DNA of 64,000 nucleotides from Octopus vulgaris. Its lineage: Eukaryota. Location: positions 49,786,001-49,850,000 of the forward strand of contig OX597826.1 in the NCBI GenBank assembly GCA_951406725.2, read 5' to 3'. Made by a program: the position numbers and the translations under genes. Positions 26,967-41,204 of the stretch are shown piece by piece (position 1 is the stretch's first letter; the number at the start of each line of letters is the position of its first letter). Below the pieces are notes generated by a model. It saw only the letters and a program-made list of their open reading frames with translations, had not been told where the DNA came from and did no database searches.

Positions 26967-27852
26967 TGTGTTTTTACTAGGACATCCGAAGTCCACCGAC
27001 AAGGTTTCTCATCGATTCATTCTTTTATAATGCAACCGTTGCATACACTTGTGATATACAGTCAGGTGTCTAAGTAAGACGACTGTTTGGGGTCACAGAG
27101 TCTTGCTCAATCATAGGATTTATTTCATCGGATATAGAATATGAACTTCTAATACGTCTGATGGTTGTTGCTTCGTGCTGCTATACCGCCACGACCATCA
27201 CAGTCTTTAGAAATATATTAACATCAACAATATATTTAATAAGGCCTAAACAGGGAGGCCACAAAATGATCATTCTGTCTGCAAGAAATAACAGCTAAAT
27301 CGACCTCCAATCACATCGTACTGACTTAAACAAGACAGGGCAGACACTTTGGTTAATGCAATTCAAGATAAAATAAGTCTGAAAGTAAAAAAAGTATTCT
27401 CATGGCTGGAACGTCAGCTACTATAGGGCAACTATACTGTGATAGTCATGGTTGGAAGGCTAGTTACCATATAATACACCAACAAGAAAGACTGACAGAA
27501 ATGAGCAAATGCGGGAGATTCCTTTGAGAAATAATGGTAACTAGTTATCATTGCGTGACAGTCCTAGGGCTATACAACCACACACTTAATACAACCAGAA
27601 AATAATCTGTTAAATATTTTAATTCATTTCGCTTTCATTTTTTAATTATTTCTCATTAATTTTCACTTACTTACAATAATTATATTTCACCCCCCGACGC
27701 CTACACCCCGGCCCCAGCAGCCAAAAGTGCAACTTTTTTTTTTTTTCATTTTAACAAAATCATGTGACAATCTGATGACGAACTAACATTCCTTGCACAT
27801 CTAGATGTTTCTGTTGTTGCTTTTGACTTCATCATCATCATCATTATTAACT

Positions 27853-28070
27853 CGACGAGCTGGCAGAATCGTTAGCACGCCGAGCGGAATGCTTAATGGT
27901 TTTTCGTCTGTCGCTACGTTCTGAGTTCAAATTGCGCCGAGGTCAACTTTGCATTTCATCCTTTCGGAGTCGATAAATTAAGTATCAGTGAAACACTGGG
28001 TCGATGTCATCGATTAGTCGCCTCCCCACAAATTTCAGGCCTTGTGTCTTTATTATTATTATTATTATTA

Positions 28071-28146
<76 letters not shown>

Positions 28147-28181
28147 CATCCATCATATAAGGCGGCGGGCTGGCAGAATTA

Positions 28182-28271
<90 letters not shown>

Positions 28272-28835
28272 GGTGGTTAACCGGCAAAATCATTAGCACG
28301 CCGGGCGAAATACTTAGCGGCATTTCGTCCGTCTTTACGTTCTGAGTTCAAATTCCGCCGAGGTCGATTTTGCTTTTCATCCTTTCGGCGTCGATGAAAT
28401 AACACTAGGGATGATGTAATCGACTATTCTCCTACCCCAAAGTGTTAGGTTTTGTGCCTTTAGTAGAACAGATTATTATTACTATCATTATTATTATTAT
28501 TATTGCTAAGGCGGTTAGCTGTCAGAATTCTTATCAAGCCGAACAAACTGCATACTAGCATTTCGTCCGTCTTTACTTTCTGAGTTCCAATTCCACTCAT
28601 GTCGGCTTTGCTTTTCATCCTTTCGTGATAGATAAATTAAATCGATTAAACCCTTCCCTAAAAATTTCAAGCCCTTCTGTCTATAGCAGAAAGGATTATT
28701 ACTATTGTTCAAATTTCGCCGGAGTCGACTCTGCCTTTCATCCTTTCGGGGTCGATAAGATAAGTACTGGGAACGATGTAATCGACTCATCCCCTCCCCC
28801 AAATTTGCCACCCTTGTAGCAAAATTTGAAACCAT
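27853..28835 (+). mobile_element. Cluster of four to five SINE family B copies separated by (TTA)n
   Basis: Heads and cores at about 27853, 28160 (head only), 28272, 28510 and 28707, most followed by ATT-repeat tails. Confidence 0.85.
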
Positions 28836-28847
28836 TATTATTATTAT

Positions 28848-28898
<51 letters not shown>

Positions 28899-28906
28899 CG
28901 GTCGTG

Positions 28907-28941
<35 letters not shown>

Positions 28942-28963
28942 TGTAGTAGTATTGGTGGTGGTG

Positions 28964-28998
<35 letters not shown>

Positions 28999-29020
28999 TG
29001 TAGTAGTATTGGTGGCGGTG

Positions 29021-29113
<93 letters not shown>

Positions 29114-29131
29114 TTGGTGGTGTTGGTGTTG

Positions 29132-29175
<44 letters not shown>
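28848..29175. repeat. (GTA)n/(GTG)n compound microsatellite
   Basis: Direct inspection. Confidence 0.95.
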
Positions 29176-29176
<1 letters not shown>

Positions 29177-29779
29177 TATAAGGCGGCGAGCCTTATATAA
29201 TACACCAGCAAGAAAGACTGACAGCTATGAACAAATGCGGGAGATTCCTTTGAGAAATAATGTCCAAACACCTCCCCCAACAGCAGCTACACCAGTACTG
29301 TCGGCAGCATCACACTCATCATTGCCACCACCATTATCAAAAACACCGCCATTACAACCACAACTTAATAATTCACACACGCAACAGCCAGATCACACAT
29401 CCCAACACGAACAAAAAAATGACATCATTAGCAACACTGCAATAAACACAACCAATAAAGAACTAATGAACCACATACATGCAAATACTAATATCACCAA
29501 CAGTAACTGTATAACCTCAATTAATAACATCAATAACATCAATTATTAACATCAATTAATAGCATCTCAAAAATCATCCAAAATATCATAACATGCATTC
29601 AGCACATTAGAAAAGCGAACTTCCAAAAGGAGCGGGAGATTTCCAAGTTTCTTTAAGTAAAAGACTATCCAAAGAACTGCAAGTGGAAATACGCGCAATC
29701 AACCGGAAAGCTGAAAGACATGTCCCACCACAGGAATAAGGTAAGTGTTCTTTTTTCATCCACTTCTCTCTTGTCCAGC

Positions 29780-30420
29780 ATGCCTATACCTAGAACAGGT
29801 AGTGTAAATGCACGTGGTTTAGGGCCTGCTTGAAAGCAGGGCCACTTGTTTAACAAGCTCAGTCTCTTGATATAAATGTGATGTCCATCAACAAGACCAA
29901 ATTTCTGATCGATAAGCTTCATACCCATTCTTGGTGGCTACGAAACTTACTAATCTCCACGTCGACCAGAACTGAGATATATATAACATATCCTAGACAT
30001 GAGCAGCAGCGAAGTGGGTGCTTTCAAACTACTAGATGTTTACACCCCGACGGGGATGGAACAGGTGGACTTTTAGACGTCTGGAGATTTTCCAAAGAAC
30101 GTCCAGCTCTGTAGTACTTGTGGGCGACTGGAATGCTTTCTTAGATATACGCTTGGATTGTGTGGAGTTAGCCGATAGGAGAGAGTGTGTAAAAGCCTTG
30201 CAAATCTGCTCAGACGGCTTTAGCTGTCTCACAGGTATCGACTGGATTTCCCAAATGTGCAAGTGTGGATATGGGCAAACTGCATCGGGCATCTAAGTCG
30301 TATCTAGAGAGAGTGTTCTGTAGGTCAACAGATAAGGTTAGCATATGTTATGCATTTCTTAAAATCGCCCTCAACACAGATCACAAATTCATGATCTGTA
30401 TGGTCGACCTAAATAGGCTC
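29780..30420 (+). pseudogene. Tx1/L1-group LINE apurinic-endonuclease fragment
   Basis: Motifs GSVNARGL, VVLVGDWNAFLD, SYLERVF (SYLDR-like) and TDHK lie across frameshifts and stops. Confidence 0.75.
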
Positions 30421-30454
30421 TTAGGAAACACATCGCAATCGACGTGATCGCGAG

Positions 30455-30815
30455 TGAAATGTTTAATGGCATTTCGTGAGTCTTTACGTTCTGAGTTCAA
30501 ATTCCACCGAGGTCGACTTTGCTTTTCATTCTTTCGGATCGATAAAATAAATACCAGTTAAGCACTAGAGTTAATTACATCGACTTACCCCACTTCCAAA
30601 ATTGCTGGCCTTGCGTCAAAATTTGAAATCATTTTTTCTTTTTATTAGGCTGTTTATTAGGCTGTCGTATATATATATATATATATATGTATATGTATGT
30701 ATGTGTATGTGTTTGTGTGTCTATGTTCGTACTCCTAGCATTGCTTGACAACCGATGCTGGTGTGTTTACGTCCCCGTCACTTAGCGGTTCGGCAAAAGA
30801 GACCGATAGAATAAG
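30455..30815 (+). mobile_element. SINE family B copy followed by a SINE family A internal fragment
   Basis: gttctgagttcaaattccaccgaggtcgactttgc... (30455-30630) and gcattgcttgacaaccgatgctgg...gatagaataag (30660-30815). Confidence 0.8.
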
Positions 30816-31308
30816 TTGTTGTTGTTGTTGTTGTTGCTTTGTTTCCGTTTGCTTTGTTCAATATTTCGCTCTAGTAACGGTCATTTAATAGTCTTTTAAT
30901 CCTCTGTACTCGTTCTTTTGCTTTCAATTACCAAAAGGAAATTCCTAAGAACGATTTAACTGCTGCAAACTGCTGACCTAAACGATGTGAACTTAATAAA
31001 ATATTACGAGAGAAAGGAAAACGACTGCACTCAATTTCATATTGCTTTTATTTTTAGTATGTTTTCGTGTGTGCGTGTGAGTGTATGTGGTGATGTTTGT
31101 GTGTCTGTGTGTCTGAATGTATGTGCCTTTGTGTATCTGTGCGTGCGTGTATATATAAATATATATATATAAGTATATGTATGTATGTATGTATGTATGT
31201 ATGCATGTATGTATGTATGTGTGTATGTATGTATGTATGTATGTATGTATGTATGTATGTATGTATGTATGTGTATCTGTCACTTTATAAATCCATGTGT
31301 GCACACAC

Positions 31309-31348
<40 letters not shown>

Positions 31349-32361
31349 GCATAAATATATGACTGTGTGTACGTACGCGCGCGTACGCGTGTGTTTTAGA
31401 TACATACATATGTGTGTGGTGTTCGTATGTGCGCTTGTGTGCATGAAGGTGTGTCTCCTGACGTTTAGAGGTGTTCGTCTCGCGATCACAACGTCGTGGG
31501 TTCGATTCCAAGATATTGCTACGCGTTGTATCCTTCCATTTCACCTTGCTCAAGTCTACGCAACTGAAATCCGGGTCACCCTAGTGCTTGTGTGCACCCT
31601 TTCTCCGTGCAATTCTAATATTCAATTAGCCAAAGTTTGGTATATGGCACCGTGATATGCTTACTTGCGTGCAGTTCACTGGTGCATTGGTAGTATATAT
31701 ACGTATGTGTGTATGAGTCCGCACGCGCGTGTGTGTGAGTGTTGATTATTATTATTATACACATGTGTGTACGCATGTGTGTGAGTATGCATGTGAGTTT
31801 ATGAGTGTGTGTCTGTGTGTGGTTAATAAAAATTTGGAAAACGATATTGGTATTTAATACCTTATTTAACGTGCACGTGTTCCAGCAAATGAATTTTCCT
31901 TATTACATAAGCCGCCAGACCATATTACGTAATACAATGCACTCCCCTCCCCAGAACATATCAACAAAAATGACAATGTGTGGAAATATGCATACCTTCA
32001 TATACCCCAATATGCAAATCATGCTCCAAATAGTTGACGTAGCGGAATCAAGTGTGCTCGTATGTGAGGTAGGAATGATGAAGCATGCATATTTCTTTGG
32101 TGGTTAATTTTCTTGATAATACCGATGAAGTAAGTGGATGGTATTGCGTAATATTGCCAACCAGTGTATGTAACAATAGCAATCCACTTACTTAAACACG
32201 TGCTTATTACATTAAGCCCTAAATTACCAATTATGTTTTCTGTGTTGATTATTAATATATGTGGGTTTTATTCTGCACACTAGTGTATCTGGATACTTTT
32301 TGATTAATTAGTGTCACGTAAAGGAGTGAAGTGTGGACTATCTGCGCGGCCCAAACATTTT

Positions 32362-32419
<58 letters not shown>

Positions 32420-32421
<2 letters not shown>

Positions 32422-32895
32422 CATATACATACATACATACATACATTCATACATACATACATACATACATACATACATACATACATACATACATTCATAC
32501 ATACATACATACCTACATACATACATACATACATACATACATACATACATACATTCATACATACATACATACATACATACATACATACATACATACATAC
32601 ATACATACATACACACATACATACATACATTCATACATACATACATACATACATTCATACATACATACATACATACATACATACATACATTCATACATAC
32701 ATACATACATACATACATACATACATGCATGCATACATTCATACATACATACATACATACATTCATACATACATACATACATACATACATACATACATAC
32801 ATACATACATTCATACATACATACATACATACATACATTCATACATACATACATACATACATACATACATACATACATACATACATACATACATA
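32420..32895. repeat. (TACA)n microsatellite, ~475 bp
   Basis: Direct inspection; source of the HTYI-repeat ORFs. Confidence 0.97.
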
Positions 32896-33239
32896 GACGC
32901 AGGAGGGGCTGAGTGGTAAGTAGCTTGCTTACCTTACAGCTGAAGAGTTCGTGCTGCATGAAAGTCACGTCTTTCGACGTGAAATATTGAGCGTTTGAAG
33001 CTCGACTATAGGTAGACGTTTGTTTTATGGGGGGGGGGGCTTAGTGGAGTTTGCTGCTCTGTATTTAATAATTTTTGTTGAGCAACAGTCTCCACTCTGA
33101 TCTGGATATTTGCCTGCCTGTGGTCGTGCGAAAAGACTTATTTTGCAGTGAGAATTGGGTTCGTCACTGGAATAATATTTGCTCTCAAACCCTCTTTCGT
33201 GGCGCCGAAGAGATGATAGTCTGAAGGCGCTAAATCTGG

Positions 33240-33476
33240 TGAGTGTGGAAGTAGTGAAGAAGTGGCTCAAAGAACAGCCAACAGAATTTTACGGGGCAGG
33301 GATACATGTTCTCATTCGAAGGTGGAACATTGCTATTGGGAGAAACGGTGACTATGTTGAGAAGTAGGTATGTAATCCACAAAGGACCAGCTTCATTTTG
33401 ATGCATGATACATATTCCTGTGTTGGTAATTATACCTGTCCTAAACAAAATGGCGTTACTTTTTGACTCACCCTCG
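33240..33476 (+). pseudogene. 3' end of a mariner transposon
   Basis: VVKKWLKEQPTEFYGAGIHVLIRRWNIAIGRNGDYVEK* is a typical mariner C-terminus; right TIR TTACTTTTTGACTCACCCTCG|TA. Confidence 0.85.
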
Positions 33477-33550
33477 TACAAAGCTAACTTCTTAACTATT
33501 CGGCCATGTCTGTATTCGTGAAGCTATAGGAATTTAGATATTCGCCCATA

Positions 33551-34066
33551 TCTATATATATAAAACTGTAGTTGTGTGAGTGTCTGTCTCCTACGATTTA
33601 GATTCCTAACTCCTCCACATTTTGCGGTGCAGTTTAACCAAATTCGGGTATCTTATAGTCGTGATTAATATCGAGCCCGTCTGGCTATTAGCGCGCGTCT
33701 ACGATGAGTCTACGATTTTAAAAATAATTTAACATCATTTTTTATTCCATTTTAATGCATAATTTTTCGTGTGTCGATGGCGGCGGAGTTGGCGTCCACG
33801 CTCAAACACCTGCACCTGTGTTTGCTTCTCCCCCTTCTTCCCTCCCTCGTGAAGCTGTAGGGAAGGGAGTGTAAGGAAATCAACGTCGTAATGCGTTGTC
33901 AAGGAGACCAGCGTTCTTTTAGAACAACGACTTCATGGCTTGAAAACACCAAAACAGAAATGGCTAAGAAAGCCCGAATTGGCATCTATAAAGGAAGTAA
34001 CTCTCTAAAAATGCTTATATAGTTATTTCCCTTACAAACCCGAGCAACGCCGGGCGATACTGCTAG
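33551..34066 (+). mobile_element. Complete non-autonomous Helitron
   Basis: A|TCTATATATATAAAACTG 5' end; 3' hairpin CCCGAGCAACGCCGGG then CGATACTGCTAG|T; no TSD. Confidence 0.85.
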
Positions 34067-34105
<39 letters not shown>

Positions 34106-34264
34106 TTGTGTACTTATGTATATGCATATAATCATAGAGGAGATTGCTCGAAACTCATCTCGATCACTTAAGATCACTTGTAATCACACCCAAATACACG
34201 TACTTATTATATATATACATGTATTAAATATATAACATTTATCTGTCACATGTGTTATGTCTAA

Positions 34265-34356
<92 letters not shown>

Positions 34357-34845
34357 GTTCGTATTTATATGTATGAACGTACAAGCACTTTCTCATTGAG
34401 TCTGATGCACGAATGAATGCTAACACAAGAGTTACTGGCATGGGCTTTATTTGCCTATTTTACATAATAAGTTGTGTATATCATTCTATCGGTATTTATA
34501 TATCTCTCCTGTTCATCTGGTCATATTTAAACTTACAGCCGTTTATATTATATTTATTCCATTTCATTTAATTTTAGAATAATGAAGCATTTTGTTGTTT
34601 GTTAAATTATGTGCGTTTGTTTGTTTCACGTTCACCACTTATCTGACATTTTAAATATGGTTTATGCATATAAAATTACTATTATATATATGGGAAAATG
34701 TGTTGTTTTTTTTTTTATTAGAAGACAAAACAAGACAAAGTTTGTATTTTTCACACACAGACACACACTCACACACATACACATTCAGGCACACATACAT
34801 ATATTACATATATATATATATGTATATATATATATACATATATAC

Positions 34846-34929
<84 letters not shown>

Positions 34930-34976
34930 ATGTATTTTATATGTGTATGAGTGTATAAATATATTTTTATATATAC

Positions 34977-35046
<70 letters not shown>

Positions 35047-35249
35047 GCGCACATACACGCACACACACACATGTATGTATGTATATATATATAGGTGAGT
35101 GTGTTTATACATTATTATTGGTGTTATCGTTTGTATTATCTGCACAAAAGGAAGTCAACAGCAGCAACAACGAATACCATGAATTTTTATTTATAATATT
35201 TTTTTTCTGTCAGAATTGTTAAAAATCTTTGTTATTACTTTTTGAACGA

Positions 35250-35700
35250 CCAATCATCATCATCATCATCATCATCAGCACCATGATCTTGATCATGGTC
35301 GCCATCATGGTCGCCATCATTGTCGTCGGCGTTGTAATAACAACAATACTAACAACATGAACAACTAAAATAGCAACCGCAACAACAATAAAAGCAAGAG
35401 TGTCGTTATCATCATCATCATCGTCGTCGTCATCATTGTCGTCATTGTCCGCATTATTGCCATCATCATCATCACTACCAATAACATCGGCGGCGGGGGA
35501 AGTGTCATCATCATCACCATCATCATTATCATCATCATCATCGTCGTCGTCGTTGTCGTGGTTATCATCATCATCATCATCATCGTCGTCGTCGTCGTTA
35601 TCATCATCATCATCATCGTCGTCGTTATCATCATCATCATCATCGTCGTCGTTATCATCATCATCATCATCATCAACATGACTTGCCATGACCATCACTA
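35250..35700. repeat. (CAT/CGT)n low-complexity tract
   Basis: Source of the poly-Asp, poly-Met and poly-Ser ORFs. Confidence 0.9.
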
Positions 35701-36887
35701 TAATACTGATATGTCCACTTAGCTCTTTTTCGTATGTATGTGACTTTCGTCTTATTATTCTTATTCTTAAATTTTTCTTCTTATTATTATTTCTTTGTTG
35801 TTGTTGTTGTTTTTATTCGAACAACAATTATCTGCCATCAAACAAATTACTGTTGTTCATTTAAAATGCAAAAGCAAAAACAAAAATGAACGAAACGAAA
35901 CGAAATCCCGTTGCATTATAATAGATAAACTCTTGAAAAAGTAAAATGTAAATGGAAGTGGGGAGGAGGGAGAGTCACACAAAGTAACATAAACTGAAGG
36001 AGGAAGTGAAAGAGAGTCAGTTAGAGAAAGAGAGACAGGGAAAGTAATAGAAACACAGAGAGAGACAGACAGAGAATGCGGAAGGTTTAGACGGTGGTGG
36101 GGGTGAGAATGAAATATTATTCAAAAGATAATTTTTTTTAAATGCTACAAAAACGAATAAATAGACAGCAACAAATAAAAACATTTTGACTTCATAATTG
36201 TCTCTTTGATTTCTTCAATTCTCTTCAAAACCAGAAAAATATATTCTGGAAGATTTTGTTTTTAAAATAGGAAAAAAGTGACACAAAAAAAAAGTGGGGA
36301 AGAAAAACAAAAGATTTTTGTTTTAAAATGAGAAATTACATATATTTAAGGCATACACACATGTACATATATACGGTTAATACACATAAACGTATATACT
36401 TTTATACACAGACATACACAAATATACACACGTACAGACACACATATACGCACATACACATACACACACATATATTGGCCTTCACATTCTCTATATCTCT
36501 TTCAAGTTTCTTTCATGTAGAAAGATAGATAGATAGATATGTGTGTGTGTATGTGTGTAAACACACATATATATATATTATCATAAATACAGTCATATAT
36601 ATATACACACAGACAGATGGAGATATATATATACACACACACACACAAACATCATTTGAATTTCCGAATAATTGCAACATACTAATGCAATAGTGGTGTT
36701 GGTAGTTATGGCTGTGGTCAGGGAGTCACTGTGGGGTGATTGGTGGTGTGTGGGATGTGACGAGATGTAGAAGCAATGATGACGTTATTGATATCGATGA
36801 CGATAATTGATCGTTAATAATATTGATTTTATACTTTCATAGTCGTTATCAATATGTGTCATCATCGTCATCTTCATTTTATACACC

Positions 36888-37350
36888 AGGCGTCGGTGTA
36901 GCTGTAGGGTAAGAAGTTTGTTTCCAAACCACACGGTTCTAGGTTCAGTCCCATTGCAGGGCACCTTGGGCAAGTGTCTGCTACAATAGATCCGGGCCAA
37001 CCAAAGAAAATAATGCACAGTTATAATAATCCTTTCTATTACAGGTACAAGGCCTGAAATTTGCGGGGAGGAGGTATATCGATGACATCGATCCCAGTAC
37101 GTAACTGGTACTTGTTTAATCAATCCCGAAAGGATGAAAGGCAAAGTCGACCTCGGTGAAATTTGAACTCAGAACGTAACGGCAGACGAAATACCTATTT
37201 CTTTACTACCCACAAGAAGCTAAACACAGAGAGGACAAACAAGGACAGACAAACGGATTAAGTCGATTATATCTACCGCAGTGCGTAACTGGTACTTATT
37301 TAATCGACCCCGAAAGGATGAAAAGCAAAGTCGATCTCGGCGGAATTTGA
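36888..37350. mobile_element. SINE family A head (+, 36888-37002) abutting a SINE family B dimer (-, 37030-37350)
   Basis: ggttcagtcccattgcagggcaccttgggcaagtgtc, then two B units joined at 37194/37195, flanked by the direct repeat atgcacagttataataat (near 37013 and 37350). Confidence 0.85.
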
Positions 37351-39210
37351 TGCACAGTTATAATAATAACCCAAAAGTGTAACTGATAACTGGTTTCTTA
37401 ACGAAGTGAGGTGGTAACCAAGTTACACATTTCTTTGAATTTCATCTCATAAATATACAAAATACTGGCACACTCGCCATAATGGGTTATTGTCCTCCAT
37501 CATTCACGAATAAGATGTGCTGTTTAATTCTTTAGCATTCACATTACTCTATCAAAAGTAATGCATATTTATTCACATTGTTTTGAATCAATCAATCCTT
37601 ATTTTGTAGCCTTGAGATTTGGATGAGGCAACGATTAATTTTTGAATGATATTGTAGGATTGGTGTGAGTGATCACATCTGACCAATTTGAACCTAAAAC
37701 AGGTAGAATATTTTGGCCGGATATGGCAATGTATATACAAATGTGGACGAACACTCGAATTTAAATACCGGTGTTGTGTATACATATAATAAATATATAC
37801 ACATAGTTGAAATTAAAATAATTTTAGCAGAGAACAGCAATGACATCTAATGCGTTAATGTTTCATAGGAGAAACACGCGTTTCAATATTCCACCAATAT
37901 TCATTGCGCAACACTGATTAGTTAAAGGGAAAGAATGCATAGCGTTTTTACATTTGATGCGTAATTATTACAGCATTTTGATGGAACGCTTCTATGTCCT
38001 ATAAAGCATTGAATACCAGAGCTGTTTTCTACTTAATAATTTTTTCTATTGTTTGGCTTGTATTCCGCACAGTAGCCTATCTTGAAGCTGATGCCTCGCG
38101 TCGTATTAGACAGAATACTGGAATGGAGTGTAGAATCTAATACTAAGCTCCATCTTTGGTTACGTGTCGCTCTTTACAGTGCCTCGCTTTTGATATGCAC
38201 AAAGTTGTAAATTTTAATCTAAGGTTGTTTCAAGTGCATATATAAATTTAATTGTAGCCCGGTTAGCTTTCGCACAGACTAGTAATGTTTTGCTTACTGA
38301 TTTCTATATAGGAACATTTTCCACCTAACTCAGAACGTGCGATGTATCCATCACTGAAGAGACCAAATCAAGTGAAAACAACATGTCTGGTAATCCACCG
38401 ATATTCTGAGCGAACTCGTTCTTTTTTTTTATTTTATTAACACCACAGTCTCCCAAGAGAAGTTTCCTAGAGCAAAATACTATAGCTGGTGTCATTCCAC
38501 ATTTGTATACACATTATGAGTGTGTGCTCACACCTGTATTTTAAGGCTGTTTCAAGTATGAATATTAATTTAATGTGACATTATTTCAAAACCAAGCAAC
38601 TACGAAAGCAGCGATCCGGTATTTCAAAAGCAAAATATTTTAGCCTACGACCAATCCATCTATTAAATGTTCTAAGGTAAGGCTGTCACTCAAAAAATTT
38701 ATAGGACTTCCTGGTTTTACTATCCAGCATTGACAGATGAGATTTCGGCATAATGGAACACTCGGAAAAGAGTTTGAAAACTAAAGTCATCTTGAATAAG
38801 AATTCTTCAAATAGGTTATTAAAGAATTCCTTACAAATGCGGCAAATTCCAAAGTGGTTTTGCATTTATATACAAATCATCTAAGTCGTCGTTCAGGCTG
38901 CTAGAGATAACCAAATCTTCCGTAACTTCTTAAATAAGAAAATGGCATTTTAAGTAATCTAGTCGTGATGGTCATGACTGCAGTATCTTTGACCGTATAT
39001 CGTCTTGACCGAGGTTTACTGGAGACTAAACAACAAGTCTCTCCGACTGGATTCCGCACAGTTTTCCCTCCACCGAATTTTACTCACAAGGTTTTGGTTG
39101 ACCTGAAGCCATGGTAGAAGACACTGGCTCAAGGTTCTCGGGGGTAAAATTGAATCCAAATCTACGTCTTTGCGAAACGCTGCTATGTTTACTCCGAATA
39201 TGAGTGCTGT

Positions 39211-39412
39211 TGTTGTTGTTAAGCAACAAGACGGATAAGGGTGATTAGGTGATGGTCTAGGGCTTAGGGGCGGGAGACCCCCACCTTGGAAAGAAAAAAA
39301 ACTTTGGTCGTCTTGTTGTAGTCGCGGGCTCTTCGTTGACGCCCGACACCTCTGGGGGGTGGCCCTCGAAGTCGCTGGAAATGGAGATCGCCAGGTCTAA
39401 ATTCTTGAACGG
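39211..39412 (-). pseudogene. Short LINE endonuclease-like fragment flanked by a 16-bp direct repeat
   Basis: Minus strand reads IFAVQEF...LDHHLITL; cgaatatgagtgctgt occurs at 39195-39210 and 39413-39428. Confidence 0.5.
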
Positions 39413-39757
39413 CGAATATGAGTGCTGTGGATATAAGGCAGGCTGACATTTAAGGAAGAGTTAGCCACTGTTTGTAGAAGGACGTGTGTCCTCATACTGA
39501 ATTCAGTGTCGCCTCACTGGGTTATGCTTTGTATGTGTTGTGTGGATTCTGATGTAATGTTGTGTGGTGATAATATAGAATACGCTAGGTGTTATTTATG
39601 CAAATTAAGGTTAGCGATTCATTGAAGTCCTTATTATTAAAACCTATATCAATAACATTGAGTTATATGTGTATGAACAAAGGCGACTGTCAGAATAACT
39701 GAAGAGAATTCCAACAAGGATCGAAACTGCAGTCAGGCAATCTATATACGTGTATAC

Positions 39758-39811
<54 letters not shown>

Positions 39812-39839
39812 CTATCTGTGTGCACGGACGCGTGTATGT

Positions 39840-40523
39840 GTACAGGATAAACTTTACAGGCACGGAAGTGCCGTAAGCCGGGCCTGTCCGAGGTGCGCCC
39901 AGAACGATGAAACCGTTCTGCACGCCCTAGTCCAGTGCCCGAGTATTGCTGACCTGTGGGTTGATGTCAAACACCTGCTGTCGCGTGTAGGACGGATCCG
40001 ACTACCAGCTGAATCCATTGTGAAGATTGCCCCGCCGCCCTCTTTTGGCCAGGAGGGGCAGGCAATTTTTATGTGTCTAGTGGCTGTAGCGAAAGAGTTA
40101 AAGAAAGGGTTAAAGAGAGACACTTTCCTCTTTGGCCAAGCCCTCATCAAATTTTTCAAGTTCCACTTGAAAAGGAAGTTGAGGGTGAAGAGGGAAGTGT
40201 TACCTTCTAGCAAGGTTGTTGAAAGGTGGGTGAATATTGGAAGAACAGCCAGTGTGAAAGGACCAATTCTGAACGTGCATCTGTAAAAAGGGAATCAAAG
40301 GAGAAGGGCTCTTGACCTGTTGTTCAGGCACCCGTGGCTTTTGTGAGTTTTTCCACGAGGACCTTAAAGCGCCTCCCCTATTGGGTGTTTTAATTTGTTC
40401 AATTTTTATCATTATATTGTGTACACGCGGAAACCCCATTGTATCGTCCTTTTTTTGTCTTTTATGTTGTCGCATGTCTTTAATGTTATTCTAAGTGAGC
40501 CATTGTGACTAATAAAAGAATAA

Positions 40524-40583
<60 letters not shown>
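39840..40583 (+). pseudogene. 3' end of a Tx1/L1-group LINE (CCHC zinc knuckle, 3' UTR, (TTA)n tail)
   Basis: DKLYRHGSAVSRACPRCAQNDETVLHALVQCP (C-x2-C...H-x4-C), stop at 40286, T-rich UTR, AATAAA and (TTA)n tail. Confidence 0.85.
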
Positions 40584-40644
40584 TACAGAATATATATTAC
40601 ATACATACATATACATACACTTTCTCTCCCCCTCTCTCTCTCCC

Positions 40645-40676
<32 letters not shown>

Positions 40677-41204
40677 CATTAACATACATATACCTGTATA
40701 CACACTCATACACACGCACTCACACACGCACACACACTCATACACACACGTATAATAAGGAAGCAACACGGACATGAGATTTCTTTTAAGATGAAAGAAG
40801 TGTCAACAGGTCACTAGAGATAATTCACTTATCACCACACACAATCACCCACACAAAAACGCACGCGCACGCACACACATACACACAGGTGGTAAATGTA
40901 ATGGAGTTAATGTCAGGTAAGTCGTTGATAACAGTTGACCCACCTCTAATAACGTGATGACAGCAACACCTCCTACTGTTGTTACAGCGAGCACTTACCT
41001 CTCTCTGCCTCCCACTTCCATGTAATATTATTCCCTGCTTTACAAAAACAAACTCCGTCAATTGTACTTCTCTCACTCCCCTTCCTAATGGCCACACAAT
41101 TTTCTTTTGTTATTTCTCATTTCTTCTTTCATTTCTTCTCATTGTTTCTTTCCTTAATTATTTCTTTTTGCTTATTTTTACTTTAGAATTTTGCTTTATG
41201 TTGG

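Noticed and set aside
29620-29746. Possible exon ending in AG|GTAAGT
   Set aside because: No clear acceptor or recognisable protein; it lies directly upstream of the Tx1-like endonuclease and is likely LINE sequence. Isolated donors near 40916 and 44831 are equally unsupported.
38350-38391. CTGAAGA...GAAAAC...GTC hammerhead-like motif
   Set aside because: There is no stem II and the core has an extra A; probably chance. Similar weak cases near 8100, 32940, 50630 and 52120 were also dropped.
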